From an uncultured Bacteroidaceae bacterium (lineage in GTDB: Bacteria > Bacteroidota > Bacteroidia > Bacteroidales > GCA-2748055), in NCBI GenBank assembly GCA_964426915.1, contig CAYRTD010000004.1, positions 1,490 through 65,489 on the forward strand: 64,000 nt of DNA, written 5' to 3'. Below the pieces are notes generated by a model. It worked only from the letters and a program-made list of their open reading frames with translations. It did no database searches and was not told the DNA's origin. Below, in pieces: positions 29,152 through 37,344 of this stretch (within the stretch, counting starts at the first letter, position 1; every line of letters starts with the position of its first letter). The position numbers and the translations under genes are program-made.

Positions 29152-29333
29152 TATGGACAGACACTAATTTAGTGCCTGTCACTAAAGTCGGGTGTCTGTT
29201 CCGATAGCTATCGGAACATAATGTTCGAGATCAAGGCTTGCGAAGCCGGAAAAAGCGGAGTTTACTCGTGTAAATGAGCATTTTTCCGGCGAACATAACG
29301 CAGATATCGGACATTATGGACAGACACTAATTA
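29152..29333 (+). repeat. mosaic repeat family 1, archetypal full copy (MITE/BIME-like)
   Basis: Direct repeat units TATGGACAGACACTAATT at 29152-29171 and 29315-29333. Hairpin GACAGACACTAA/TTAGTGCCTGTC. Boxes GTCACTAAAGTCGGGTGTCT and GTTCGAGATCAAGGCTTGCGA. Palindrome CCGATAGCTATCGG (29201-29214). 46-nt hairpin at 29245-29290. Confidence 0.75.
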
Positions 29334-29571
29334 AACAAAAAACATAAACAAAGAGTTCGAAAAAACACGAGGATTATTTTATCCATCTCCGTGTTATTTT
29401 AAAAACGAAAAACCGGTTTTTCCATTTTCCGGTCACAATGTTTGGTTTTTTATCTGGATTTTACATTTCGTTATTATTGCCAATCGGTATTTAATTCATA
29501 TAATTTCGCTGTTTTTTTTTCGTTTTGATTTTATATTTTTGTAGGATTGGTTAAACTTAATATCATAATAT

Positions 29572-30318
29572 ATGTCAGGTCACAGTAAATGGTCAACCAT
29601 TAAACGGAAAAAAGGAGCTGCCGATGCCAAAAGAGGGAAGGTCTTTTCCCGCATCGTCAAGGAAATAAGTATTGCAGTAAAAGAAGGTGGCCCTGATCCG
29701 GAAGCAAATCCCCGCCTGCGTCTCGCCATTAATAATGCAAAGGGTGTTAACATGCCAAAGGATAATGTTGAACGTGCCATAAATAAAGCAGAAAGCGAAG
29801 GGGATAATTTACAGGAGGTGACATTTGAGGGTTATCTGCCACATGGCATTGCTGTTTTTATTGAATGCCTGACTGATAATAATAACAGAACGGTTTCTAC
29901 TATACGTTCAATTTTTACCAAGAGAGGGGGAAATCTGGGAACAAACGGGTCCTTGAGTTTTCTTTTCGACCGCAAAGGAGTTATAACCGTACCCAGAGCT
30001 AATCTTGATCCCGATGAATTTCAGCTGGAGATCATCGATGCAGGAGTAGAGGACTTTCAGGTTGAAGAGGAATCCTTTGTGATTACCACTGCAATGGAGG
30101 ATTTTGCTAGTGTGCAGAAAGCTATTGAAGCGCAGGGTGTTGAAATTGAAAATGCTGAGCTTCAGAGGATACCGAATGACACCAAAGAACTGGACACCAA
30201 TGAGGCTGTTAAAATTCTGAAAATAATTGAGGAATTTGAAGAAGATGAAGATGTTCAGAATGTATTTCATAATCTGGAGGTAACAGATGAGGTTATGAAT
30301 GCAATGGAGGAAGAGTAG
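29572..30318 (+). CDS. YebC/PmpR family DNA-binding transcriptional regulator
   Basis: MSGHSKWSTIKRKKGAADAKRGKVFSRIVKEI... is the canonical YebC N-terminus. 248 aa. Confidence 0.95.
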   Translation: MSGHSKWSTIKRKKGAADAKRGKVFSRIVKEISIAVKEGGPDPEANPRLRLAINNAKGVNMPKDNVERAINKAESEGDNLQEVTFEGYLPHGIAVFIECLTDNNNRTVSTIRSIFTKRGGNLGTNGSLSFLFDRKGVITVPRANLDPDEFQLEIIDAGVEDFQVEEESFVITTAMEDFASVQKAIEAQGVEIENAELQRIPNDTKELDTNEAVKILKIIEEFEEDEDVQNVFHNLEVTDEVMNAMEEE

Positions 30319-30404
30319 AAGAATTATTATCAGATATCAGGGACTTGTTTAATTTCATTTCAAAGAAGGATTACAGTAGCCGGATACAGATCCATGCTTC
30401 AGAC

Positions 30405-31103
30405 TTACTCATTTGTGGAAGAGGGGACATCCTGGTTAATTCCTGAAAACAAAAGTCTCACTCCTATTACCATAAAGGTTACGCTTCCTGCTACCAGTCC
30501 GATATTTGCCATTATGCTTTCGGGTACAAGGCTTGTAAATACCGGAACTATTACTCCGGTAATAGTGCTGACAAAAGCGGTAAACATGGAGAGCCGGTGG
30601 GTCCTGAAAGTAAAAAGGCCAAGACTAAGAAATCCCAGTCCGAGTAGTGTGTAAGCCGCCATTATGTATATTTCCTTTTCCCTTGAAAGAGTGTAAATAC
30701 TGAGTCTTAGTATTTCATTATTTATCAGATCAAGCTGGTTAAAATGCTGAAGGATATCAATGACACTCAGGGCTTTTATACCTGCAACAGATATCATTGC
30801 GGCTGCCAGGATAAGGAAAAAACTTGTCAACCAGGAAAAAAGCCTGTGAAAAGGATTCATTATGGCAATAAAGGTAGATGCTGAAACCGTTACTATTAGT
30901 GCAGTCAGAACCCATATCAGTGCATTTAGTCTAAGGAGAGAAATATTATCTGTAAGATACTCAAGATCTTCATTAAGACTTGAAAAGAGAGTGATATACT
31001 CAAATCTTGTCAGTATGGTAAATATGAGCATTATTCCGGACATAAGAGCGAATAATCCCGCAATGAGCTCAGTATTTCTGCTAATTATACGAGGCTGTGA
31101 CAT
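30405..31103 (-). CDS. hypothetical polytopic membrane protein
   Basis: 232 aa with about 6 hydrophobic helices. No family recognised. Confidence 0.6.
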   Translation of the reverse strand: MSQPRIISRNTELIAGLFALMSGIMLIFTILTRFEYITLFSSLNEDLEYLTDNISLLRLNALIWVLTALIVTVSASTFIAIMNPFHRLFSWLTSFFLILAAAMISVAGIKALSVIDILQHFNQLDLINNEILRLSIYTLSREKEIYIMAAYTLLGLGFLSLGLFTFRTHRLSMFTAFVSTITGVIVPVFTSLVPESIMANIGLVAGSVTFMVIGVRLLFSGINQDVPSSTNE

Positions 31104-31170
31104 GGCTGCAAAATAATAATTTTTTACAAAACTCGGTGAGATAATTAAAATTCATTAATTTTGAACCCAA

Positions 31171-31635
31171 ATGAAGGCATTTGTTTTTATAAAAACATTT
31201 TTTCTGCTCATTCTTTTTTCAGGGCTGGAGAGTTATTCCCAGGATATTGAAAGGGAGGGAGATATATTGCAGAAGTTAAAAGCTTCTGATGGTCTTTCCG
31301 GTTTCAGGGTTGAGCTTGACCCTATGATCGAAGACAATTATTATAAGCACTTGCTATACAATAAGAAAAACGATCAGACCATGGGATACCGTATCCGGAT
31401 ATTTTCCGGCTCGGGAAATGATGCATTCCAGCGGGCTAACCTGACACGCGGACGTTTTCTTACCAAATTTGAAAATATAAATGCTTATATTTCATATGAT
31501 GCTCCCGATTATAAAGTATATGCCGGAGATTGCCGTACCCGGTCAGAAGCATTAAAACTTTTCAAAAAGATAAATAAAGAATTCCCCTATGCATTCATTG
31601 TTTCACAACCTATTAATGTAAAGACAGATAATTAA
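31171..31635 (+). CDS. SPOR domain protein (secreted)
   Basis: Signal peptide. C-terminal GYRIRIFSGSGNDAFQRANLTRGRFL...YKVYAGDCRTRSEALKLFKKI matches the SPOR fold pattern. Confidence 0.7.
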   Translation: MKAFVFIKTFFLLILFSGLESYSQDIEREGDILQKLKASDGLSGFRVELDPMIEDNYYKHLLYNKKNDQTMGYRIRIFSGSGNDAFQRANLTRGRFLTKFENINAYISYDAPDYKVYAGDCRTRSEALKLFKKINKEFPYAFIVSQPINVKTDN

Positions 31636-31647
31636 AAGTTTTTCGGG

Positions 31648-33549
31648 ATGACAGATGATGTAAAGCACAAGTGCGGTATTGCCCTGGTCAGATTAAAAAA
31701 ACCTCTGGAATATTATCAGCTTAATTACGGAACATGGAGATACGGCTTGCAGAAGTTATATCTTTTGATGGAAAAGCAGCGGAACAGGGGACAGGACGGA
31801 GCGGGAGTGGTTAGTATGAAACAGGATATGCCGGCTGGCTATAAATATTTCAGCCGGCAACGTTCAATGAGTTCTTCGGCAATTAATGATGTATTCGAAA
31901 AAATTTACAAACCTTTTAAAAAGGCTGAAAAAAATAATTCCGAATTGCTGAAAGATGCCCACTGGGCTAAGCTTAACCTGCCCTTTGTGGCTGAGACCTA
32001 TCTTGGACATTTGCGCTATGGAACTTTTGGCTCTAACAATATAGGTAATGTACATCCGGTAATGAGAGAGAATAACTGGAAATCCAGAAATCTCGTACTT
32101 GCAGGAAATTTCAATCTGACCAATGTTGATGAACTGTTTGAAACACTTGTGAAACTTGGCCAGGCACCCAAAGAATATTCCGATACCGTTACAATACTTG
32201 AAAAGGTAGGTCATTTTCTGGACCATGAAAACGAAAACCTGTTTAGAAAATTCAAAGATGAGGGCCATTCAAACACGGAGATTTCGCGGCTGATCGCCGA
32301 TAATCTGGATATTCCTTCTGTTCTGAGGGGGGCGGCAAAACGATGGGATGGGGGATTTGTGATTGCAGGAATGATTGGTCATGGTGATTCGTTTGTCCTT
32401 CGGGACCCATGGGGTATACGTCCTTCGTATTATTATGATGATGATGAAGTGTCAATAGTAACTTCAGAACGACCCGTGATTCAAACGGCATTGAATGTTA
32501 CCTATGATAAGGTAAAAGAAATTCCCCCCGGACATGCTGTTATTATTAAGAGAGAAGGAAAATTTTCTGTAGAACGGGTGCTTGATCCTGAAGAAAAAAA
32601 ATCCTGTTCGTTCGAGAGGATATATTTTTCTCGGGGTTCCGACATAGATATCTACAATGAACGAAAAATGCTCGGAAAACTCATTATTCCCGATGTCCTT
32701 AAAGCCATAAATAAAGATCTCAAAAATACTGTTTTTTCATTCATTCCGAATACTGCTGAATCTGCTTTTTACGGAATGATCCTTGAGCTTGAGAACTATA
32801 TGATCGAGCTGAAGACCAAAAAGATCCTTAAGGATAAAAATAATCTTACCGGGGAAGAATTGAGGCAAATCATTGCCGACCGGCCGCGAGTCGATAAAGT
32901 CGCAATTAAAGACCTTAAATTGAGGACATTTATTTCCCAGGACAAGGGGAGGGACGATCTTGTTGGTCATGTGTATGATATCACCTATGGAACGGTAAGA
33001 AGAGGAAAAGATAACCTGGTGGTTATCGACGATTCTATTGTGAGGGGAACAACATTGAAGCAAAGTATTATAAAAATCCTTGACCGGTTGGGTCCTGTGA
33101 AAATAGTGGTTGTCTCTTCCTCCCCCCAGATACGTTATCCTGATTGTTATGGGATTGACATGGCTAAACTTGGGGATTTTATCGCTTTCAAGGCTGCAAT
33201 TGCATTATTGAAAGAAAAGGGAATGGATAATGTGATAAATAAAGTATACAAAAAATGCAAGGCCCAGGCAGATTTTCCCAAAGAAAAGTTTGTTAATTAT
33301 GTTAAAGAGATCTACGCTCCTTTTAGTCCCGAAGAAATTTCACAAAAAATAAGTGAAATTATAACAGGTCCGGATGTCAAAGCAAAAGTCAAAGTAGTTT
33401 ATCAGAGCATTGAGAACTTACATAAGGCTTGCCCTAATGATCTGGGCGACTGGTATTTTACTGGAAATTACCCTACTCCGGGAGGCAATAAGGTCGTGTC
33501 GAACTCTTTTATTAATTTTATTGAAGGAAAAGACAGCCGGGCCTATTGA
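31648..33549 (+). CDS. purF: amidophosphoribosyltransferase (long Bacteroidota type)
   Basis: Short propeptide, then the catalytic Cys (KHKCGIALV) and RGQDGAGV of an Ntn glutamine amidotransferase. PRTase motif VVIDDSIVRGTT. Confidence 0.85.
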   Translation: MTDDVKHKCGIALVRLKKPLEYYQLNYGTWRYGLQKLYLLMEKQRNRGQDGAGVVSMKQDMPAGYKYFSRQRSMSSSAINDVFEKIYKPFKKAEKNNSELLKDAHWAKLNLPFVAETYLGHLRYGTFGSNNIGNVHPVMRENNWKSRNLVLAGNFNLTNVDELFETLVKLGQAPKEYSDTVTILEKVGHFLDHENENLFRKFKDEGHSNTEISRLIADNLDIPSVLRGAAKRWDGGFVIAGMIGHGDSFVLRDPWGIRPSYYYDDDEVSIVTSERPVIQTALNVTYDKVKEIPPGHAVIIKREGKFSVERVLDPEEKKSCSFERIYFSRGSDIDIYNERKMLGKLIIPDVLKAINKDLKNTVFSFIPNTAESAFYGMILELENYMIELKTKKILKDKNNLTGEELRQIIADRPRVDKVAIKDLKLRTFISQDKGRDDLVGHVYDITYGTVRRGKDNLVVIDDSIVRGTTLKQSIIKILDRLGPVKIVVVSSSPQIRYPDCYGIDMAKLGDFIAFKAAIALLKEKGMDNVINKVYKKCKAQADFPKEKFVNYVKEIYAPFSPEEISQKISEIITGPDVKAKVKVVYQSIENLHKACPNDLGDWYFTGNYPTPGGNKVVSNSFINFIEGKDSRAY

Positions 33550-34493
33550 TGATTCTCCAGTTTATCATCCGGATTATAGCTGCTCACATGCCTCTCTAAC
33601 TTTTGTTTATACAGATCGTTAATGGTGATCATTATGGCGGTTTCCTCCACATTTCCGAAATAGGGATTTATTACAGTTCCAAAAGTTTTCAGTGAAGGAG
33701 AAAGGTTCATGTAAGCATTAATAAGTGGAGGGATGTTTTCTCCGAATGCCCTGACTTTCTGGCTCAGAATCTTGTAATCCTCAAGATAATTGGAACCTGT
33801 GAAAATATTCTTCATATCTTCTCTGTCCATATATGTTTCCAGAGGTTTATATGGGGTAATCATATTCTCCTCATCGGGAAAATGTTTTTCCAGGAAATAC
33901 AAAATCAGATTTCTGGCCCGCTGGTTGTAATTCCTGTACATGGTCACTTTACCGAAAAAATATTCTTTATCGGGGTGATCGATAACAAGCGTTCCCAGTC
34001 CATCCCATAAATTATCGAGAGCATACAGGGCTTTGCTCATACGATTGGTAGACTGGTATTTGGGTTGAACGAATGACCGTCCCAGCTCTATAGTATGGGG
34101 AAGGTATTCCTTTTTGAATTTTTCCGAGAACTTAAATAATTTTGCAGTTGCTAGATTTACACTTCCGTCTACGATGCAATTATCTTCATTACAAATGTGA
34201 AAGCGGTATCCGCCTAATATTTCATTCTCGGAAGGATCCCATACAATTAATTGCTTGTAAGTGATTTCCCCTTTATCATAATCATCAATATCAATACTTT
34301 TTCCTGTACCTCCTCCGGCAGCACGAAAACTGAGCTCCCTTAGTCTCCCGATCTCCTTCATGGTATTTGGTGAGTCGTGATAATCAACGACAAACAAAAG
34401 GTTGTCCGCATTATTTGTTTTGCGAATAAACTTTTCTTCGGTCAGTTCTTCAATTAACTTTTCTCTGGGTATGGCGGGAATTATCTTCTCCAT
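33543..34493 (-). CDS. GNAT-fold N-acyltransferase, GlsB/OlsB-like (amino-acid lipid synthesis)
   Basis: About 316 aa, hemolysin-like/Acetyltransf_5-type sequence (LRELSFRAAGGGTGKSIDID...YRFH). It sits directly upstream of a lysolipid acyltransferase gene, as in the Bacteroides glycine-lipid locus. Confidence 0.6.
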   Translation of the reverse strand: MEKIIPAIPREKLIEELTEEKFIRKTNNADNLLFVVDYHDSPNTMKEIGRLRELSFRAAGGGTGKSIDIDDYDKGEITYKQLIVWDPSENEILGGYRFHICNEDNCIVDGSVNLATAKLFKFSEKFKKEYLPHTIELGRSFVQPKYQSTNRMSKALYALDNLWDGLGTLVIDHPDKEYFFGKVTMYRNYNQRARNLILYFLEKHFPDEENMITPYKPLETYMDREDMKNIFTGSNYLEDYKILSQKVRAFGENIPPLINAYMNLSPSLKTFGTVINPYFGNVEETAIMITINDLYKQKLERHVSSYNPDDKLENHQ

Positions 34494-34530
34494 GATATAA
34501 ATTCTTAGAATTTACAAAATTAACAAAAAA

Positions 34531-35367
34531 TTAAATACCTGCCTTAAAACTTCGGTCGGGAGTTAGAGGCAGAGCATAAACATGATCCTTGATTTTTCTT
34601 GCCCATTCACTGTAATTCATGCGTTTATCGATTAATTTCCAAGAAATGGGCTCTCCAAAGATAACCTTAATATGTTCACCCTTATGCCGGTGTGTTTCAT
34701 CGGGTAGGTAGAACATTTCAATATTGGATTTAATACCGGTAAGCTTTCTTAAGTTAGCAAGACGATAAAAGAAATCTGTACACCTGCCGCTCACATAAAC
34801 AGGAACTATGTCTCTTTTATGTTTTACGGCTTTTGCGACAAAGTTCTTTTTCCACTCAGGATCCCGGATTATTCCTTTTTTCTTTCTGGAGACAAGTCCT
34901 GCCGGAAAAGTCAGAACGGGATGGTTTTGTGAAAAGATCTCTTCAATTCTTCTTACTGCTTCAGATGATTGTTTTCCGTGTTTATTGATGGGAACAAAAA
35001 CATCATTCATATTCTCAATATTCATTAGTATATCATTCACCAATACCTTAATATCAGGAAATTTTTCGCCAAGAATACTGATAAGTAACATGCCATCGAA
35101 ACCTCCAAGCGGATGATTGGAGACAAATAGTATATTTTTTTTATCCGGGATCTTTTCAAAACCCATAACCTCTTTGGTAATACCGAATTCCTTTATGCCG
35201 GCTTCAGCAAATTCCACTCCTCGTTTATCACCGTGTTTTTCAAGAAAATAATTCATAAAGTCGACATGAAGGATCCTGTCAAGGTATGAATAGACAAATC
35301 CGGGAAGATAAGGGGCAAGCCGGGGATTCTTCTGTTGGAATATTTTCCTGATATTAACTTCTTTCAT
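34531..35367 (-). CDS. lysophospholipid/lyso-amino-acid-lipid O-acyltransferase, GlsA/OlsA-like
   Basis: SNHPLGGFDG acyltransferase motif and FPAGLVSR. About 278 aa. Paired with the GNAT N-acyltransferase. Confidence 0.6.
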   Translation of the reverse strand: MKEVNIRKIFQQKNPRLAPYLPGFVYSYLDRILHVDFMNYFLEKHGDKRGVEFAEAGIKEFGITKEVMGFEKIPDKKNILFVSNHPLGGFDGMLLISILGEKFPDIKVLVNDILMNIENMNDVFVPINKHGKQSSEAVRRIEEIFSQNHPVLTFPAGLVSRKKKGIIRDPEWKKNFVAKAVKHKRDIVPVYVSGRCTDFFYRLANLRKLTGIKSNIEMFYLPDETHRHKGEHIKVIFGEPISWKLIDKRMNYSEWARKIKDHVYALPLTPDRSFKAGI

Positions 35368-35508
35368 CTATTTGAATAATGACGAAATACCTTCGAAAAA
35401 ATGGTTTTTATAAGAAGGTAAAATTAATAAAAAAGGATGACTTATTCATGGATTTTAGCTGTTATCAAAGTCTTTCAACATTCATGTGGTAAACAAAAAG
35501 TTATTAAC

Positions 35509-35545
35509 AAAGTGCAAAAAAATGGGATAAAGTGGTATAAAGTGG
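35509..35545 (+). promoter_or_regulatory. putative MraZ operator: four phased AAAGTG(G/C)-type boxes
   Basis: AAAGTGC (35509-35515), AAAATGG (35519-35525), AAAGTGG (35529-35535) and AAAGTGG (35539-35545), at exact 10-bp spacing. A TAATTTAG -7-like box lies at 35558-35565, and the mraZ ATG is at 35587. Confidence 0.6.
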
Positions 35546-35586
35546 GAGAAAATGTCTTAATTTAGCACTTATTCTAGCATGCGCTT

Positions 35587-36057
35587 ATGATCACATTTAT
35601 CGGAGATTATCATTGTAAACTCGATTCCAAGGGTCGGGCGGCTTTGCCGGCAGCTTTTAAAAAGCAAATGGCTGCTGAGCTTACCAGTGGTTTTGTGATC
35701 AAACGTGATGTGTTTGACAAATGCCTTGTCCTTTATCCAATGAAGGAGTGGGAGAGGCAGAACGAGCTTATAAGGAGAAGGACAAATCCCTTCAACAAGG
35801 AACATACCCGTTTCCTGAGGATGTTCTTTAGCGGTACTGCTGAAGTCCAGGCAGATGCTACACAAAGAATCCTGATCCCCAAGAGGTTACTTGAGTATGC
35901 AGGGATAAAAGGTGAAGTAGTTCTGGCAGGACAATACGGAAAAATTGAAATATGGTCGCCCGGCGATTATGAAAGCTTTACCAAAGCAGACGATGAATTT
36001 GCAAGTCTGGCCGAAAAAATTCTGGGAGGCCCGTCAGATCAAATAATTGAGGAATGA
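35587..36057 (+). CDS. mraZ: division/cell wall cluster transcriptional regulator MraZ
   Basis: Two SpoVT/AbrB-like halves: FIGDYHCKLDSKGRAALP and DATQRILIPKRL. First gene of the dcw cluster. Confidence 0.93.
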   Translation: MITFIGDYHCKLDSKGRAALPAAFKKQMAAELTSGFVIKRDVFDKCLVLYPMKEWERQNELIRRRTNPFNKEHTRFLRMFFSGTAEVQADATQRILIPKRLLEYAGIKGEVVLAGQYGKIEIWSPGDYESFTKADDEFASLAEKILGGPSDQIIEE

Positions 36058-36953
36058 CCTATCATAAACCGGTCTTACTGAAAGAAAGTGTTGACGGTCT
36101 TAATATTCATTCAGAAGGGGTATACGCTGATCTTACTTTTGGAGGAGGGGGGCATTCACGTCAGATCCTGAGAAAACTTGGTAGAAAAGGCAGATTGCTG
36201 GCTTTTGATCAGGACATCGATGCAATTGAAAATGTGCCGGATGATGAAAGGGTCAGGTTTATTCATGCGAATTTCCGGTTTCTGAAAAATTTCCTCCTTT
36301 ATTTCGGTATTGAGAAACTGGATGGAATTCTGATGGATCTTGGGATTTCATCTCATCAGATCGATGAAGACAAGAGAGGATTTACATTCCGAACGAAAAC
36401 AAGGCTCGATATGAGGATGAATAAAAACTCGTTGCTAACTGCAGAAAAAATTGTGAATGATTATCCCGGAGAAGAACTGATCCGGATTTTCCGTGACTAT
36501 GGTGAACTCAGGGCTGCTAACAGCTTTGCCGGAAAGATTATCCGGGCCCGTGAGAATCAACGGATTGAAGATTCAGAAACTCTGATTGAAATAGTGGAAA
36601 GTCTTATTCCGGGACATTTGAAAAATAAAGTGCTTGCTCAGTTGTTTCAGGCCTTACGTATTGAGGTTAACGATGAGCTTGGAGCACTTAAAGATCTTTT
36701 AGAGCTGAGTCCAGAAGTTCTGAAAAAAGAAGGCAGGCTTGTGGTTCTGAGTTATCACAGCATTGAAGATCGAATGGTAAAGAAAATGATAAAGACGGGA
36801 AATCTGGAAGGAGTGCTGGAAAAAGATTTTTATGGTAACCCGAAGAGGGAATTCAGGGAGGTAGCAAAAAATGTTAAAGTCCCTGATGAAGAAGAATTAA
36901 GAAAAAATCCGCGGGCAAGGAGTGCAAAATTAAGGATAGCTGAAAGAATTTGA
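36054..36953 (+). CDS. rsmH: 16S rRNA (cytosine1402-N4)-methyltransferase
   Basis: HKPVLLKE, DLTFGGGGHS, DLGISSHQID, SYHSIEDRMVK. Confidence 0.95.
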   Translation: MTYHKPVLLKESVDGLNIHSEGVYADLTFGGGGHSRQILRKLGRKGRLLAFDQDIDAIENVPDDERVRFIHANFRFLKNFLLYFGIEKLDGILMDLGISSHQIDEDKRGFTFRTKTRLDMRMNKNSLLTAEKIVNDYPGEELIRIFRDYGELRAANSFAGKIIRARENQRIEDSETLIEIVESLIPGHLKNKVLAQLFQALRIEVNDELGALKDLLELSPEVLKKEGRLVVLSYHSIEDRMVKKMIKTGNLEGVLEKDFYGNPKREFREVAKNVKVPDEEELRKNPRARSAKLRIAERI

Positions 36954-37330
36954 TGAGAGAAAATGATGAACATATAGAATTTGAAAAAGAACATGAATCT
37001 CCTGAACGGGGCCGAAGCAGTATTTTCCGGGGACTCATTGACGGGACCTTGTTAACCCGAAGGAAAGTGGTGCAACAGTTACCATTCGTTTTTTTTCTTG
37101 TTTTTCTGAGTGTGATATATATAAGTAACCGCTATCATGCAGAAACGCTCAGGAACAACATTGAAGATCTGAGAGAAACTACCAATGAATTACGGTCGGA
37201 GGCAATTTTCGTTTCTTCTGAGCTTATGAAACTTAGCAGACAGACAGAGGTGGCTGATGAAATGGAAAAAAAAGGGCTGGAACTCAAAGAATCGGTTGAG
37301 CCACCAAAAAAAATTGAGATAATAAAATAA
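36950..37330 (+). CDS. ftsL: FtsL-like cell division protein
   Basis: 126 aa with a single TM (LPFVFFLVFLSVIYI) followed by a coiled-coil. It sits between rsmH and ftsI. Confidence 0.65.
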   Translation: MMRENDEHIEFEKEHESPERGRSSIFRGLIDGTLLTRRKVVQQLPFVFFLVFLSVIYISNRYHAETLRNNIEDLRETTNELRSEAIFVSSELMKLSRQTEVADEMEKKGLELKESVEPPKKIEIIK

Positions 37331-37344
37331 ATGATAAAAATCGG

